A DNA stretch of 64,000 nt from Pseudomonadota bacterium (lineage in GTDB: Bacteria > Pseudomonadota > Alphaproteobacteria > Rickettsiales > RGZB01). The DNA is taken from assembly GCA_010031735.1 (NCBI GenBank), contig RGZB01000004.1:24-64023 (forward strand). The letters run 5' to 3'. How positions within the stretch are numbered: the stretch's first letter is position 1; each line of letters starts with the position of its first letter. The notes beneath the pieces were generated by a model. That model was not told the origin of the DNA. It ran no database searches and was given only the letters and a program-made list of their open reading frames with translations. Below are positions 25,591 to 35,147 of this stretch, in pieces. The position numbers were made by a program, and so were the translations under genes.

Positions 25591-26658
25591 GCGGTACGTC
25601 GTGACCGTATCCTCGCCGAGCCTGCGGGTGGAAGCGAGATGGAAGCGTTTCGTCTGGCGCATATGCTCTGCAGCGATGGAGCCAATCGCGGATAAGCCAT
25701 CCCCGCCGATGGTGATCCCGGCCTGGAAATGCACGATACTATCGACCAATCCTTCTTTCAGGAGCGCCGCGGCAAGGGTAGAGCCGCCTTCCACCAATAA
25801 TCGTGTGATGCCCCTTTCCGCAAGCAAGGCGAGGGCGTGTGTGAGATCGACATGCCCGGCTTTCGATTGCGTGTGCAGCAGGGTGATGGCGCTGCTAGGC
25901 AATTTCTGTGTCGTCGACAGGAGCCAGACCGGTGTTTCCTTTGCGGTGCGCGCGAGCGCCGAATCCTTTGGCAGGCGTCCCTTGCTATCTGCGACAACAC
26001 GCACCGGAGAGCGATGCTCCATGCCCGGCAGGCGGCAGGTGAGGGTAGGATTGTCGGCAAGCACGGTGCCGATACCCACCATGATGGCATCGTGATTGGC
26101 GCGCAGCTGGTGTGCGTAGGCGCGTGAGGTCTCGCCGGTGATCCATTTACTCTCGCCCGTACGGGTGGCGATCTTGCCATCGAGAGAGGTCGCGAATTTC
26201 AGGGTGACGAAGGGGCGCAGTTTCTCGATCGTCGAGAAGAAACCTTCGTTGAGGGTGTGGGCTTCTTTCTCAAGAATGCCGGTAGTGACGGCGATACCGG
26301 CTTTTTTCAGCAGGGAAATGGATTTCCCCTGCATGCGCGGGTCGGTGTCTTTTACGGCGATGACGACGCGTGCGACACCGGCGTTGATGAGTGCTTGTGT
26401 GCAAGGGGGGGTCTTGCCTTGATGACAGCAAGGCTCGAGCGTTACATAGGCGGTGGCGCCCTTTGCGTCTTTGCCCGCTATCTTCAGTGCCTGCGTTTCT
26501 GCATGGGGCCTGCCGGTATCGGCGGTTGCCGCACGTCCTACGATCACACCGTCCTTCACGATCAGGCAGCCGACGGAGGGGTTTGGCGCTGTCATGCCCA
26601 GTTGACGTTTCGCCAATGTCAGCGCCATACGCATATACTGCAGGTCGGTAAGCGCCAT
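25579..26658 (-). CDS. ribD: bifunctional riboflavin biosynthesis deaminase/reductase
   Basis: NPSVGCLIV...HAETQAL...TLEPCCHQGKTPPC, plus a C-terminal reductase domain. Confidence 0.9.
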   Translation of the reverse strand: MALTDLQYMRMALTLAKRQLGMTAPNPSVGCLIVKDGVIVGRAATADTGRPHAETQALKIAGKDAKGATAYVTLEPCCHQGKTPPCTQALINAGVARVVIAVKDTDPRMQGKSISLLKKAGIAVTTGILEKEAHTLNEGFFSTIEKLRPFVTLKFATSLDGKIATRTGESKWITGETSRAYAHQLRANHDAIMVGIGTVLADNPTLTCRLPGMEHRSPVRVVADSKGRLPKDSALARTAKETPVWLLSTTQKLPSSAITLLHTQSKAGHVDLTHALALLAERGITRLLVEGGSTLAAALLKEGLVDSIVHFQAGITIGGDGLSAIGSIAAEHMRQTKRFHLASTRRLGEDTVTTYRLAN

Positions 26659-26677
26659 GGAACCTCTTTAGGCGATG

Positions 26678-27127
26678 CTATTTCGCCATCTGGTCTACGA
26701 ATTTGCCGAAATCATCGAGTTCACTGAAGTCTTTATACACCGATGCGTAACGCACATAGGCCACGGGATCGAGACCCTTCAGCGCTTTCATCACCGCCTC
26801 GCCGATGCGCGGCGTATCGAGTTCGGATTCGCCGGTCTTCTCGAGTTCGCGCACGATGTTATTGACGGCGATATCCACTTGCTCCGGTGTCACCGGGCGT
26901 TTACGTACCGCCACGTTGATGGAGCGGGTGAGTTTATCGCGGTCAAAAAGACGGCGTTCGCCGTTCTTCTTGATCACAATGAGTTCGCGGATCTGCACAC
27001 GTTCGAACGTCGTGAAGCGCGATTCGCAGCTGGTGCAGAAACGGCGACGGCGGATCGCAGCGCCATCTTCCGACGGCCTTGAATCCTTCACCTGCGTATC
27101 TTCAAACCCACAAAATGGACAATGCAT
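26678..27127 (-). CDS. nrdR: transcriptional repressor NrdR
   Basis: [45 protein letters not shown], plus an ATP-cone domain. Confidence 0.95.
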   Translation of the reverse strand: MHCPFCGFEDTQVKDSRPSEDGAAIRRRRFCTSCESRFTTFERVQIRELIVIKKNGERRLFDRDKLTRSINVAVRKRPVTPEQVDIAVNNIVRELEKTGESELDTPRIGEAVMKALKGLDPVAYVRYASVYKDFSELDDFGKFVDQMAK

Positions 27128-27145
27128 CAGATGCTCCTCTGGTGA

Positions 27146-28501
27146 TTAGGTGCGCGAATAGATCGGGAACTTGTCGCACAGTGTGCGTACTTTCGCGTGC
27201 ACTTCTTTTTCGATTGCGCCGTTGTTTTCCGGATTCTTCGCCAGACCATCCAGCACATCGCCGATCAGCTCGCCGACGTGTTCGAACTCTTTCACGCCGA
27301 AACCGCGCGTGGTGCCTGCCGGGGTGCCAAGGCGCACGCCCGAGGTGACCATCGGGCGTGCCGGATCGAACGGGATGGCGTTCTTGTTGCAGGTGAGGCC
27401 CGCACGTTCCAGGCTTTCCTCGGTTTGCTTACCCGTCAGCTTTTTCGGGCGGAGATCGACGAGCACGATGTGGTTATCGGTGCCGCCGGAAACGATATCC
27501 GCACCACGTTTTTTCAAGACTGCAGCCAGTGCGCGCGCATTGTCGATCACCTGTTGGCCGTATTTTTTGAATTCCGGTTGCAGCGCTTCGGCGAAGCACA
27601 CTGCTTTACCTGCAATCACATGCACCAGCGGACCACCCTGGATACCCGGGAAGATCGAGGAGTTGATCGCTTGTGACAGCGTGACGTCTTTGCCGGATTC
27701 GGTTTTGCGCACCACGAGGTTGCCGTTACGCGCCAGGATCATACCGCCGCGCGGACCGCGGAGCGTTTTGTGTGTGGTGGTGGTGGTGATATCGGCGATA
27801 CCGACCGGGCTCGGATAAGAGCCGGCAGCGACCAGACCCGCCACATGCGCCATATCGACCATGAGGAGCGCGCCGACGCTATCCGCGATCGTGCGGAAGC
27901 GCTGCCAGTCCACCACGCGCGGATAGGCGGAGAAGCCAGCGATGATGAGTTTCGGTTTATGTTCTTTCGCGAGTCTCTCGACCTGATCGTAATCGATCAG
28001 CGCATCGGATTCCTTCACGCCGTATTGTACTGCCTTGAACCATTTACCGGATTGGTTCGGCGCGGCACCGTGGGTTAAGTGTCCGCCTGCTGCAAGCGAC
28101 TGGCCAAGGATGGTATCGCCAGGTTTCAGAAGCGCGTTGAACACGCCTTGGTTCGCTTGTGAACCGGAGTTCGGTTGCACGTTCACGTAATCGGCACCGA
28201 AGAGTTTCTTCGCACGGTCGATCGCGAGTTGTTCGACGACATCGGCGTATTCACAGCCGCCGTAGTAACGTTTGCCCGGGTAGCCTTCGGCATATTTGTT
28301 GGTGAAGACGGAACCTTGTGCGGAAATGACCGCCTGGCTCGCGATATTCTCGGATGCGATCAGTTCGATCTGATGTTGCTGGCGGGCGAGTTCGCCTTCC
28401 ATCGCCTTTAAGAGTTCCTTATCGGTTTCATGATAGGACGCCGTGAAGAAGGAAGATGCTTTATTCGAATTACCCATGGTAGAAACTTTCGCCGAAGACA
28501 T
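27146..28501 (-). CDS. glyA: serine hydroxymethyltransferase
   Basis: [10 protein letters not shown]...[17 protein letters not shown]...[14 protein letters not shown]. Confidence 0.95.
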   Translation of the reverse strand: MSSAKVSTMGNSNKASSFFTASYHETDKELLKAMEGELARQQHQIELIASENIASQAVISAQGSVFTNKYAEGYPGKRYYGGCEYADVVEQLAIDRAKKLFGADYVNVQPNSGSQANQGVFNALLKPGDTILGQSLAAGGHLTHGAAPNQSGKWFKAVQYGVKESDALIDYDQVERLAKEHKPKLIIAGFSAYPRVVDWQRFRTIADSVGALLMVDMAHVAGLVAAGSYPSPVGIADITTTTTHKTLRGPRGGMILARNGNLVVRKTESGKDVTLSQAINSSIFPGIQGGPLVHVIAGKAVCFAEALQPEFKKYGQQVIDNARALAAVLKKRGADIVSGGTDNHIVLVDLRPKKLTGKQTEESLERAGLTCNKNAIPFDPARPMVTSGVRLGTPAGTTRGFGVKEFEHVGELIGDVLDGLAKNPENNGAIEKEVHAKVRTLCDKFPIYSRT

Positions 28502-28682
28502 TCAATAACCCTTTCTAAATCAATCGCCTAACCACAACATATAGATTAGGGCACGCACACTACTACTAGAATTTGGTGCGTTATTCAAGCATTTTCAGGA
28601 TGTTAACGGTTTTGTTAAACAGGTGGCGTTGTGTGTGTGGGCGTTTAACCATTCCTCAATCTATTCACAGTAGAATAAAAGC

Positions 28683-30263
28683 ATGCAAATCAGACCGTTC
28701 GTACAACCATTCTATGGCCCCCGCATTCTCTATCCGGAGACGGCGATGGCGTTTGCCGGCTCGAGTATAGGGTTGCATGTGAAGGATTACTTCGCGATCG
28801 ACGAAGCGGAATTCAGCCGCTCGCTCTTGGTGCTGAACCACGATGAAATACATCCGGAAGGTTTTCGTGCGGCCGTGAACCACACCCTTCGCCACCGTGT
28901 GCCGCTGATGAATGATTATTTCACGCATTATGTCGACAATGCTGTCGACCTTGCTTTGCTGAAGGCCATCTTCTCCGATCCGGAGCTGCGTGATGATGTC
29001 GCGGAGTTCAAGGGGCTGGGCGATGATGCTTTCAATATCGGTTTTGGCAATCTCGCGCGGAGGCTCGGGAATACCGGACTTCGTTATGAACAGATGTTGA
29101 AAGATATTACCGAACAGGTGGGTGAGGAGGGAGTGCGCTCGGTGCTTGAGATGCCTTCCGTGACCCAGGACGGGATAACACTCGCAGATGACTTGTTGCT
29201 GATCGCACGCGAAAATCTGAAGAGAGAATTCTCCTCGATCTTCGGCGACGTACCCATGCGCATGGACCGGCCGCACAACCCCAATCTTTCGATGGCGGCA
29301 CAGCGCATGTATCTGACGTATGAAGAATGCGGCCCGATGACGACGCGCGAACTGGCCGATGATAGTGTGCGGCTGATTAGCGAGCCATTAGAGAATATCC
29401 AGCAGCTCCGAGTGCTGTGGGAGAACTCTATCTATATGGGTTTAGCGGTATGGGCCGGAAAATCTGCGGATGCTCCGCTCGAAGAAGTGCTTAAGGACAA
29501 GCGCTTCGAACGCCAGCGCCGTATCACGACGCAGCAAGATGTTCGGTTACTCGATCAATTCCGTACAGCATATCGCAACACAGAAAGTGAAATACCGCCG
29601 GAGCAATTTGCGCTCGCGATGCTGTACGGCGCGCACATCCATGTCGACGACCGTTTCCTGCAATACCTGAATCGCGACATCTGGGCACCGCGCGCCCATT
29701 TCAATATGGCGTTCGATGTGATGACGTTTGGCGTGAACCAAGTGCTGCGTCCGGATTTCGCGGACAGTGTCCGGCATGAACATGATCACTTTGCGTTGAA
29801 AAAGGTTGGCCAGACTGATGCCCACGCAGTGAGGATGGCGCTCTTCGGCGATGGTAATGGGCAAGAGTATCAACGCTGGATCGAGCAAGTACGCCTGCAC
29901 GGCAAGCGTGAATATGGTGGATACCCCGTCCACGCACTCCCGATCGAGGCGATGGCGGAAATAGGGGCGGCGGCATTCCATGCGCGCAGGACAATCGTAC
30001 GAGAGAATCCCGCTATTACTATAGATGGTCTTGAAGAAGAACTGGATAAACGTATGGCGGGCGTCGGACCGCTATGGGAAGCGCGCAAAGCGATCGATGA
30101 TGAGATCAAGGCGACCGTGGTTGCGATGTATAGCAAACGCTTCGGCCCGGAAGAAGGCAGGAAGCTTGCCACTGTGCTCGGCACGAGCGACACTACCATG
30201 AAGAGTTGGCTCGATCACGTGCGCAGTAAGAACGACGGACCGTCCAAACTCCCGGGTAAATAA
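28683..30263 (+). CDS. uncharacterised 526-aa protein with the same C-terminal HTH as the 10386-12420 pair (family member C)
   Basis: C-terminus KATVVAMYSKRFGPEEGRKLATVLGTSDTTMKSWLDHVRSK aligns with member B (AAIVRYYGLDE...IAERIGKSRETVSKWIDQGL). The true start may be the ATG at 28746, which has a GGAG ribosome-binding site. Confidence 0.55.
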   Translation: MQIRPFVQPFYGPRILYPETAMAFAGSSIGLHVKDYFAIDEAEFSRSLLVLNHDEIHPEGFRAAVNHTLRHRVPLMNDYFTHYVDNAVDLALLKAIFSDPELRDDVAEFKGLGDDAFNIGFGNLARRLGNTGLRYEQMLKDITEQVGEEGVRSVLEMPSVTQDGITLADDLLLIARENLKREFSSIFGDVPMRMDRPHNPNLSMAAQRMYLTYEECGPMTTRELADDSVRLISEPLENIQQLRVLWENSIYMGLAVWAGKSADAPLEEVLKDKRFERQRRITTQQDVRLLDQFRTAYRNTESEIPPEQFALAMLYGAHIHVDDRFLQYLNRDIWAPRAHFNMAFDVMTFGVNQVLRPDFADSVRHEHDHFALKKVGQTDAHAVRMALFGDGNGQEYQRWIEQVRLHGKREYGGYPVHALPIEAMAEIGAAAFHARRTIVRENPAITIDGLEEELDKRMAGVGPLWEARKAIDDEIKATVVAMYSKRFGPEEGRKLATVLGTSDTTMKSWLDHVRSKNDGPSKLPGK

Positions 30264-30265
30264 CC

Positions 30266-30697
30266 TTACGACATCTTCTCAACGCGGCGGGCATGCCTGC
30301 CGCCTTCAAAATCCGTCGTGAAGAACGCGCGCAGTATTTTCTTCGCTTGTGCATCGCTTACCACACGTGCGCCGAGTGCAAGCACATTGGCATCGTTATG
30401 CTGGCGCGAAAGGACGGCGACCTCTTCATTATGGCAGAGGGCGGCGCGGATATGTTTATGGCGGTTCGCCGCGATACTGATACCGATGCCAGAGCCGCAA
30501 ATCAGCACGCCGCGGGCGGCTTTGCCGTTCTTGAGCGCTTCAGCAAGGGCATTGGCGAAATCCGGATAATCGACGGAAGTAGGGCCGGTCGTGCCGAGAT
30601 CGAGTGGGGTGAGGCCAAGGAGCTTCAGTTCGCCTTTTAAGGCTTCCTTCAGTTCAACGCCGGCATGGTCAGAGGCAATCGCCACAGTCTCAGACAT
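30266..30697 (-). CDS. rpiB: ribose 5-phosphate isomerase B
   Basis: IASDHAGVELK...GVLICGSGIGISIAANR...RAALCHN...SRQHNDANVLALG. Confidence 0.9.
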   Translation of the reverse strand: MSETVAIASDHAGVELKEALKGELKLLGLTPLDLGTTGPTSVDYPDFANALAEALKNGKAARGVLICGSGIGISIAANRHKHIRAALCHNEEVAVLSRQHNDANVLALGARVVSDAQAKKILRAFFTTDFEGGRHARRVEKMS

Positions 30698-30768
30698 AAG
30701 TATCCTTGGATAGGTTTACGGCGCGATTCTAACGCGATTGCGATTGGCTGCAAGGAAATTAGCGAGTT

Positions 30769-31572
30769 CTAGCCTTTGTATTCCGGCAACTGCCATTTTA
30801 CACGGTACTGCACGAGATCGTCGAACGTGCGGCTTAGGAATTTCTGCACGAAGATGGAGTTAAATGCACCGTTACCTGCGACACCATTCCCATCCCAGCT
30901 GTTCTCTTTTTCATCGGCATCGGTGATACCTTTATCCAGACGGTCGACACCTTTGGCTTTCCATGCGCCGTGACCGTTGGTGCCATAGCTCATGACTAGG
31001 AATGCGCCTTCGGTGGTGACCACCGTGCCGCCTGCACCATGGATCTCGATCTCACCCTGAGTATCATCGGCATACCCGCCGATACCTGGGCCACCACGCC
31101 AGGTAAGGTTTTCATCGACCACATAACTGATGCGGCGTCCCCAACCATCCATCGCTAAGCCCGGAGAAATGAGCAGCGTGCGCACCGGCACCAAACCCGC
31201 CACAACATTCGTCGCCGGATCTTTATAGTTGGCGCGGTGGCAATTACCTTGGTTCGCCTGCGTACCTTCACCGGAACCGCCCACACCCGGGACACGCTCG
31301 ACACCGAAATCCGGGTCGTTGTTATTGAGCGAGGCATCGGCAGGGCAGGGTAGGTAACCGAATTTGACCACGAATGTCTCGATCGCACTGATGATGAATT
31401 CAATGCGTTCCTGTGTGGTCTGGATCTTTTGTTGCTCGACGCGGCTTGCACCCACGGCAAGTGCCGAACCCGCGATCAGTGCAATGATGGTGAGCACCAC
31501 GGTAAGCTCCATGATACTGAAGCCGTGCTGCGACTTGGTTTTGCGGTGGCGTGCGGGGAGGATATTTTTCAT
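30769..31572 (-). CDS. prepilin-type N-terminal cleavage/methylation domain protein (type IV pilin / pseudopilin-like)
   Basis: KSQHG/FSIMELTVVLTIIALIAGSALAV, the G-F-x-x-x-E class III signal. The ORF-track N-terminal extension was trimmed. Confidence 0.75.
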   Translation of the reverse strand: MKNILPARHRKTKSQHGFSIMELTVVLTIIALIAGSALAVGASRVEQQKIQTTQERIEFIISAIETFVVKFGYLPCPADASLNNNDPDFGVERVPGVGGSGEGTQANQGNCHRANYKDPATNVVAGLVPVRTLLISPGLAMDGWGRRISYVVDENLTWRGGPGIGGYADDTQGEIEIHGAGGTVVTTEGAFLVMSYGTNGHGAWKAKGVDRLDKGITDADEKENSWDGNGVAGNGAFNSIFVQKFLSRTFDDLVQYRVKWQLPEYKG

Positions 31573-31753
31573 ATTAGCGCCTGTTGTAGGCAAGCTGTGT
31601 ACGAGAGCCTGCCAGTTATGGATTTTCACTCTAACATCTTAGCAGGAAAAAGTTAATACTTGGTAAATTTTGCTTGAATTTCATAGCCTTATCGTTTTTT
31701 GCGGTAATTTATTCTGCTTAAAAAACAATAGGATAACAGTGGGCGTAAAGCTT

Positions 31754-32491
31754 CTATGCCGATTCGAAGATATCTTTGAAGGGGATAAAGGTGCGGTCCA
31801 TGCGAGGCGAACCTTGCATGATCGTGAACGGAATGCTGATCGAGACGCGTGGGCCATGGTGGTTGCGCACCTTATGGAACACCGCCGGCGGCATGTAGAA
31901 CATATCACCCGGTTTTAAGACAAACTCCGCTTCTTCTTTCAGGTATTGTGCTTCGTCTGCTTCTTCCACGGCAACCGCGTGGTCATCCAGCGGCCCTACG
32001 ATCGTGAATATCTTCCAGGTCGTGCTGCCGATTACCTGCAGGTAGATTTTATGCTGCGGGCGGTCGCGATGGGCATTATAGCCAGTGCCGCCGCCTTTCG
32101 GTGAGACGTACAGGTGCACATCGGCACGCGCATGCTGGATGTGGTTCTCGAGCGAATCGATCAGTGCGGCTACGGGTCGATTGATCTGCGATTGGTTGCG
32201 CATGAGAAAGCTATGTCCGCCTTCGAGCAGTGCCTTCATCTCGCGTTTTTTTAGCGAGGTATTCGACCACGGTATCTTCTCATCCAGCAATATGCCGCGT
32301 TTGCCGCCGCCGATGATCTCGGTGCCGATATTGAAGTTACAACCGTCATTCAGGCGTTTTTCGATATCCTCGAGCGTGATGAGATGTTTGAACTTCTGTG
32401 TATTGCCCTCAATGACGAAATACTCGCCCGCCTTGGTGCGTCTGGCGAATTCGTCCAAGGAAAGCGGAGCAATGAGGTCGGTGAAGTGCAT
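31754..32491 (-). CDS. cupin / JmjC-like putative 2-oxoglutarate-Fe(II) oxygenase
   Basis: YNAHRDRPQH (HxD) and a downstream FHKVRN histidine within beta-strand-rich sequence. General resemblance to Cupin_4/ROX-type proteins. Confidence 0.6.
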   Translation of the reverse strand: MHFTDLIAPLSLDEFARRTKAGEYFVIEGNTQKFKHLITLEDIEKRLNDGCNFNIGTEIIGGGKRGILLDEKIPWSNTSLKKREMKALLEGGHSFLMRNQSQINRPVAALIDSLENHIQHARADVHLYVSPKGGGTGYNAHRDRPQHKIYLQVIGSTTWKIFTIVGPLDDHAVAVEEADEAQYLKEEAEFVLKPGDMFYMPPAVFHKVRNHHGPRVSISIPFTIMQGSPRMDRTFIPFKDIFESA

Positions 32492-32512
32492 GGGGAGAGT
32501 ATAGCCTAACGA

Positions 32513-33673
32513 TCAGAAATCACCATGCTGTTGTACAGGCTTGTCGTCGGCGTAGTGTTTGATGAGGTTGATCAGGAAATCCATGCCATCCACACGCGTG
32601 TTGCGGGTGGTGGTCTTGATACGTTCGATAAAGGTCTCGGCGAATTTCTTGGGGTCGGCCTCGGCGGTGATGTTCTCCTGCTGCATTTGCTGGAGCACGA
32701 AGATCAGCACACGGACGGCTACCGCGAAACGCTCGGACACTTTACTTGCCTTCAAGAGAGCCGGAACACCGAGCTCACCTTGGTCGGAGATCAGCATCTT
32801 GACGTTCTGGATCGAGATCTTCGCACTACGGGCCAAGCTCGCGTAGAAAATCTGCAGGCTACCCATGCATAGTCCAGAAAGCGGGGTGAGCGAACCATCT
32901 TTCTGCATACCACGTACGATACGGCCCATTTCGGCGTCGTGGAAATGTACGCCCATCATCTTCATGCTCACCACTTCACGGGCGCGGGCGAAGAAAGTAT
33001 TGATGTTCGCGAAGTTGGTATTGTACTTCTTCGCCATCTCATCCTGGATCTTTTGTGAGACCTTCTGGATAATGTAATCAGACACCGTCGCGGAGATGGA
33101 ACCGTTCGTTACCATCGCCTCCACGACCTCGTGGTTATCTTTGAAGTAATCGACCGCTTTGGTGAACGTGCCTTCCGCGATGGTGGCTTTGTCGTTCATC
33201 ATCAGCGCGGTGACGACATCGGCATTCTTGGTTTCGACCAGGGCATCGGTTACCGATGCGCCGATACCTTCGCGGCCAGCGATCGCTTTCTGTTTCTCAA
33301 TGCTTTCCGTGGTTTTGATGATCTCGACCAGGTCTTCGTCGGTCAATACGTCGGAAAGCTCGATCATCGGCAGCGATACATCGCTGTTCTCGTCCATCGC
33401 GAGCGATTTGGCGATATCGTTCGAGAGTTCGCCCGATTCCGACAGATTCTGCGAGAGTACCTTACGCACCTCGACCGCCGCATCCTTTACCAGCATGCGG
33501 AATATCTGCTCTACGATCTCGATCTGTTTCTCGGTGAAGTTTTTCCCGGTCTTTCCGGAGAACTGGAGTGTGAGTTTCTCGGCGACACGCGCACGCTCGC
33601 CCGCCGAGTTATCACTCGAGAGCCGCGCTAAGTCTTCGCGTGTTATGGGACTCGCATCCGACGCCATTACCAT
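32513..33673 (-). CDS. DUF2336-like HEAT-repeat protein
   Basis: ERARVAEKL...DAAVEVRKVLSQNLSESGELSNDIAKSLAMD...LTDEDLVEII is typical of the alphaproteobacterial DUF2336 family. This is recognised from memory. Confidence 0.65.
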   Translation of the reverse strand: MVMASDASPITREDLARLSSDNSAGERARVAEKLTLQFSGKTGKNFTEKQIEIVEQIFRMLVKDAAVEVRKVLSQNLSESGELSNDIAKSLAMDENSDVSLPMIELSDVLTDEDLVEIIKTTESIEKQKAIAGREGIGASVTDALVETKNADVVTALMMNDKATIAEGTFTKAVDYFKDNHEVVEAMVTNGSISATVSDYIIQKVSQKIQDEMAKKYNTNFANINTFFARAREVVSMKMMGVHFHDAEMGRIVRGMQKDGSLTPLSGLCMGSLQIFYASLARSAKISIQNVKMLISDQGELGVPALLKASKVSERFAVAVRVLIFVLQQMQQENITAEADPKKFAETFIERIKTTTRNTRVDGMDFLINLIKHYADDKPVQQHGDF

Positions 33674-33939
33674 TATTCAACTCACCCTTTTTATTTGCGG
33701 CAGACTAACTACTGACGTAGGGGTAGAAAATCTACCTTGCATAAGTACCACTATACCCATGGAAGCTATTTTACCGTAGCACAAATTAAATAAAGGTTAA
33801 AAACGTTAAACTCTATCGGTTCAATGTGGCACGACTGCCGCAGCTTTAAACAGTATTTTTACGGTATTTCTGCTAGTAAAATTAGCTAAAATTTTAATCA
33901 GTTTGGCACCGATTTTTATAACCGGCGATTTATCACAAC

Positions 33940-34269
33940 TTACAGTCGAGCCGGATGCTCTTTGGCCAGCTTGACGATGTGCTTCAATAAACCAGGAAAA
34001 CGTTCGTTCACCTCTTCGATACGGGCGATGTTGCGATTCTCGACCCCGAGCTTCGTCGTGCGGATCAAACCTGCCTCTCGCAGGATACGGAAGTGATGGG
34101 AGAGGGTCGATTTCGCAATGTTCTTGAGGGGTGAGGCTTCCGTGCAGGACATGCAACTCTTCTTGTCGATCAGGCTTACGAATATCTTCAGGCGGATCGG
34201 GTCGGATAGTGCCCCGAGGACGCCGGAGAGCGTGATATCGTCTATGGATGGGTGCATAAACTGTTTCAT
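33940..34269 (-). CDS. ArsR/SmtB-family transcriptional regulator
   Basis: LGALSDPIRLKIFVSL...IAKSTLSHHFRILREAGLIRT. Confidence 0.85.
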   Translation of the reverse strand: MKQFMHPSIDDITLSGVLGALSDPIRLKIFVSLIDKKSCMSCTEASPLKNIAKSTLSHHFRILREAGLIRTTKLGVENRNIARIEEVNERFPGLLKHIVKLAKEHPARL

Positions 34270-34290
34270 AGAAATACTCTAACATAACGC

Positions 34291-34322
34291 TTGACTAACT
34301 TCAATAGTTCCATATTATTGAA
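34291..34322 (+). promoter_or_regulatory. sigma-70-like promoter with an overlapping inverted-repeat operator
   Basis: TTGACT (34291-34296), a 16-nt spacer, then TATTAT (34313-34318). Inverted repeat TTCAATA (34300-34306) / TATTGAA (34316-34322) lies between the divergent arsR-family and SDR genes. Confidence 0.45.
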
Positions 34323-34362
34323 CTAACGAACAAACATCAACAACACGATAGGGAGAATGGTT

Positions 34363-35091
34363 ATGTCACAAAAGCTTCAGGGTAAAGTAGCACTCGTCAC
34401 CGGCGGCTCGCGCGGTATCGGTGCAGCCACCGCCCTTAAACTCGCAAAAGAAGGTGCAGATGTCACGCTTACTTACGCAAATTCCAAAGACAAAGCAGAG
34501 AAGGTCGCAGAATCGATCCGTAAACTCGGCCGTAAGGTGAGTATCGTGCATGCCGATGCAGGTAAACCTGAAAATATGAAGGCGCTGGTCGACGGCGTGG
34601 TCAAGGAATTCGGCAAACTCGACATACTGGTGAACAATGCCGGTGTATTCCAGGCCGCGGGTCCGGTCGGTGAGATCGATACCCAGGAATTCGAACATCA
34701 GATGGATGTGAACGTCCGCTCAGTGGTGGCAGCAACGCAGGCCGCGGTGAAGCATATGAAGAGCGGTGGCCGCATCATCAATATCAGCAGCGTGCTTGGC
34801 GAACGTGCGATCTTCCCGGGGGTCAGTGCCTACACGATGACGAAATTCGCCGTTGCGGGCCTCACCCGCGGTTGGGCGATTGATCTCGCTTCTAAAAATA
34901 TCACGGTGAATGCGATTGCACCTGGTCCGATCGCAACCGACATGGCGCCGGATGGTGCGGAGCAAGTCACCGCACTCAAGCGCAAGGGCACTCCCGAAGA
35001 GGTGGCGAATGTGATTGCTTTTATCGCAAGCGATGAATCGAGTTATGTCACGGGTGCATTCATACCGGTGGATGGTGGTGCAAACGCTTAG
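34363..35091 (+). CDS. short-chain dehydrogenase/reductase (FabG-like)
   Basis: VTGGSRGIGAA, NNAG and SAYTMTKFA (YxxxK). Confidence 0.9.
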   Translation: MSQKLQGKVALVTGGSRGIGAATALKLAKEGADVTLTYANSKDKAEKVAESIRKLGRKVSIVHADAGKPENMKALVDGVVKEFGKLDILVNNAGVFQAAGPVGEIDTQEFEHQMDVNVRSVVAATQAAVKHMKSGGRIINISSVLGERAIFPGVSAYTMTKFAVAGLTRGWAIDLASKNITVNAIAPGPIATDMAPDGAEQVTALKRKGTPEEVANVIAFIASDESSYVTGAFIPVDGGANA

Positions 35092-35113
35092 TACAAAAAA
35101 TTGTCCTTAAGAA

Positions 35114-35147
35114 AAGCGGCGAGGGAGGCCTTGCCGCTTTTTATTTT
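35114..35147. terminator. rho-independent terminator
   Basis: aagcggc...gccgctt forms a 7-bp stem, followed by ttttattttt. Confidence 0.7.

Noticed and set aside
28602-28619. TTAA-N8-TTAA upstream of the 526-aa gene, and TTAA-N6-TTAAC at 7744-7758 upstream of TIGR02996-type copy 2.
   Set aside because: The spacing deviates from the N7 that CtrA binding requires. They are noted only as near-misses, not called as sites.
33827-33919. Two TGGCAC motifs on the top strand (33827 and 33904). The first fits the sigma-54 spacing GG-N10-GC.
   Set aside because: They point into the 3' end of the convergently oriented arsR-family gene, with no downstream top-strand gene for about 450 nt. The second lacks the -12 GC. 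Probably chance.
33821-34285. A 154-aa ORF overlapping the ArsR-family gene in another frame.
   Set aside because: The 109-aa frame has the clear ArsR HTH. The longer frame is Arg/Pro-rich with no motif.
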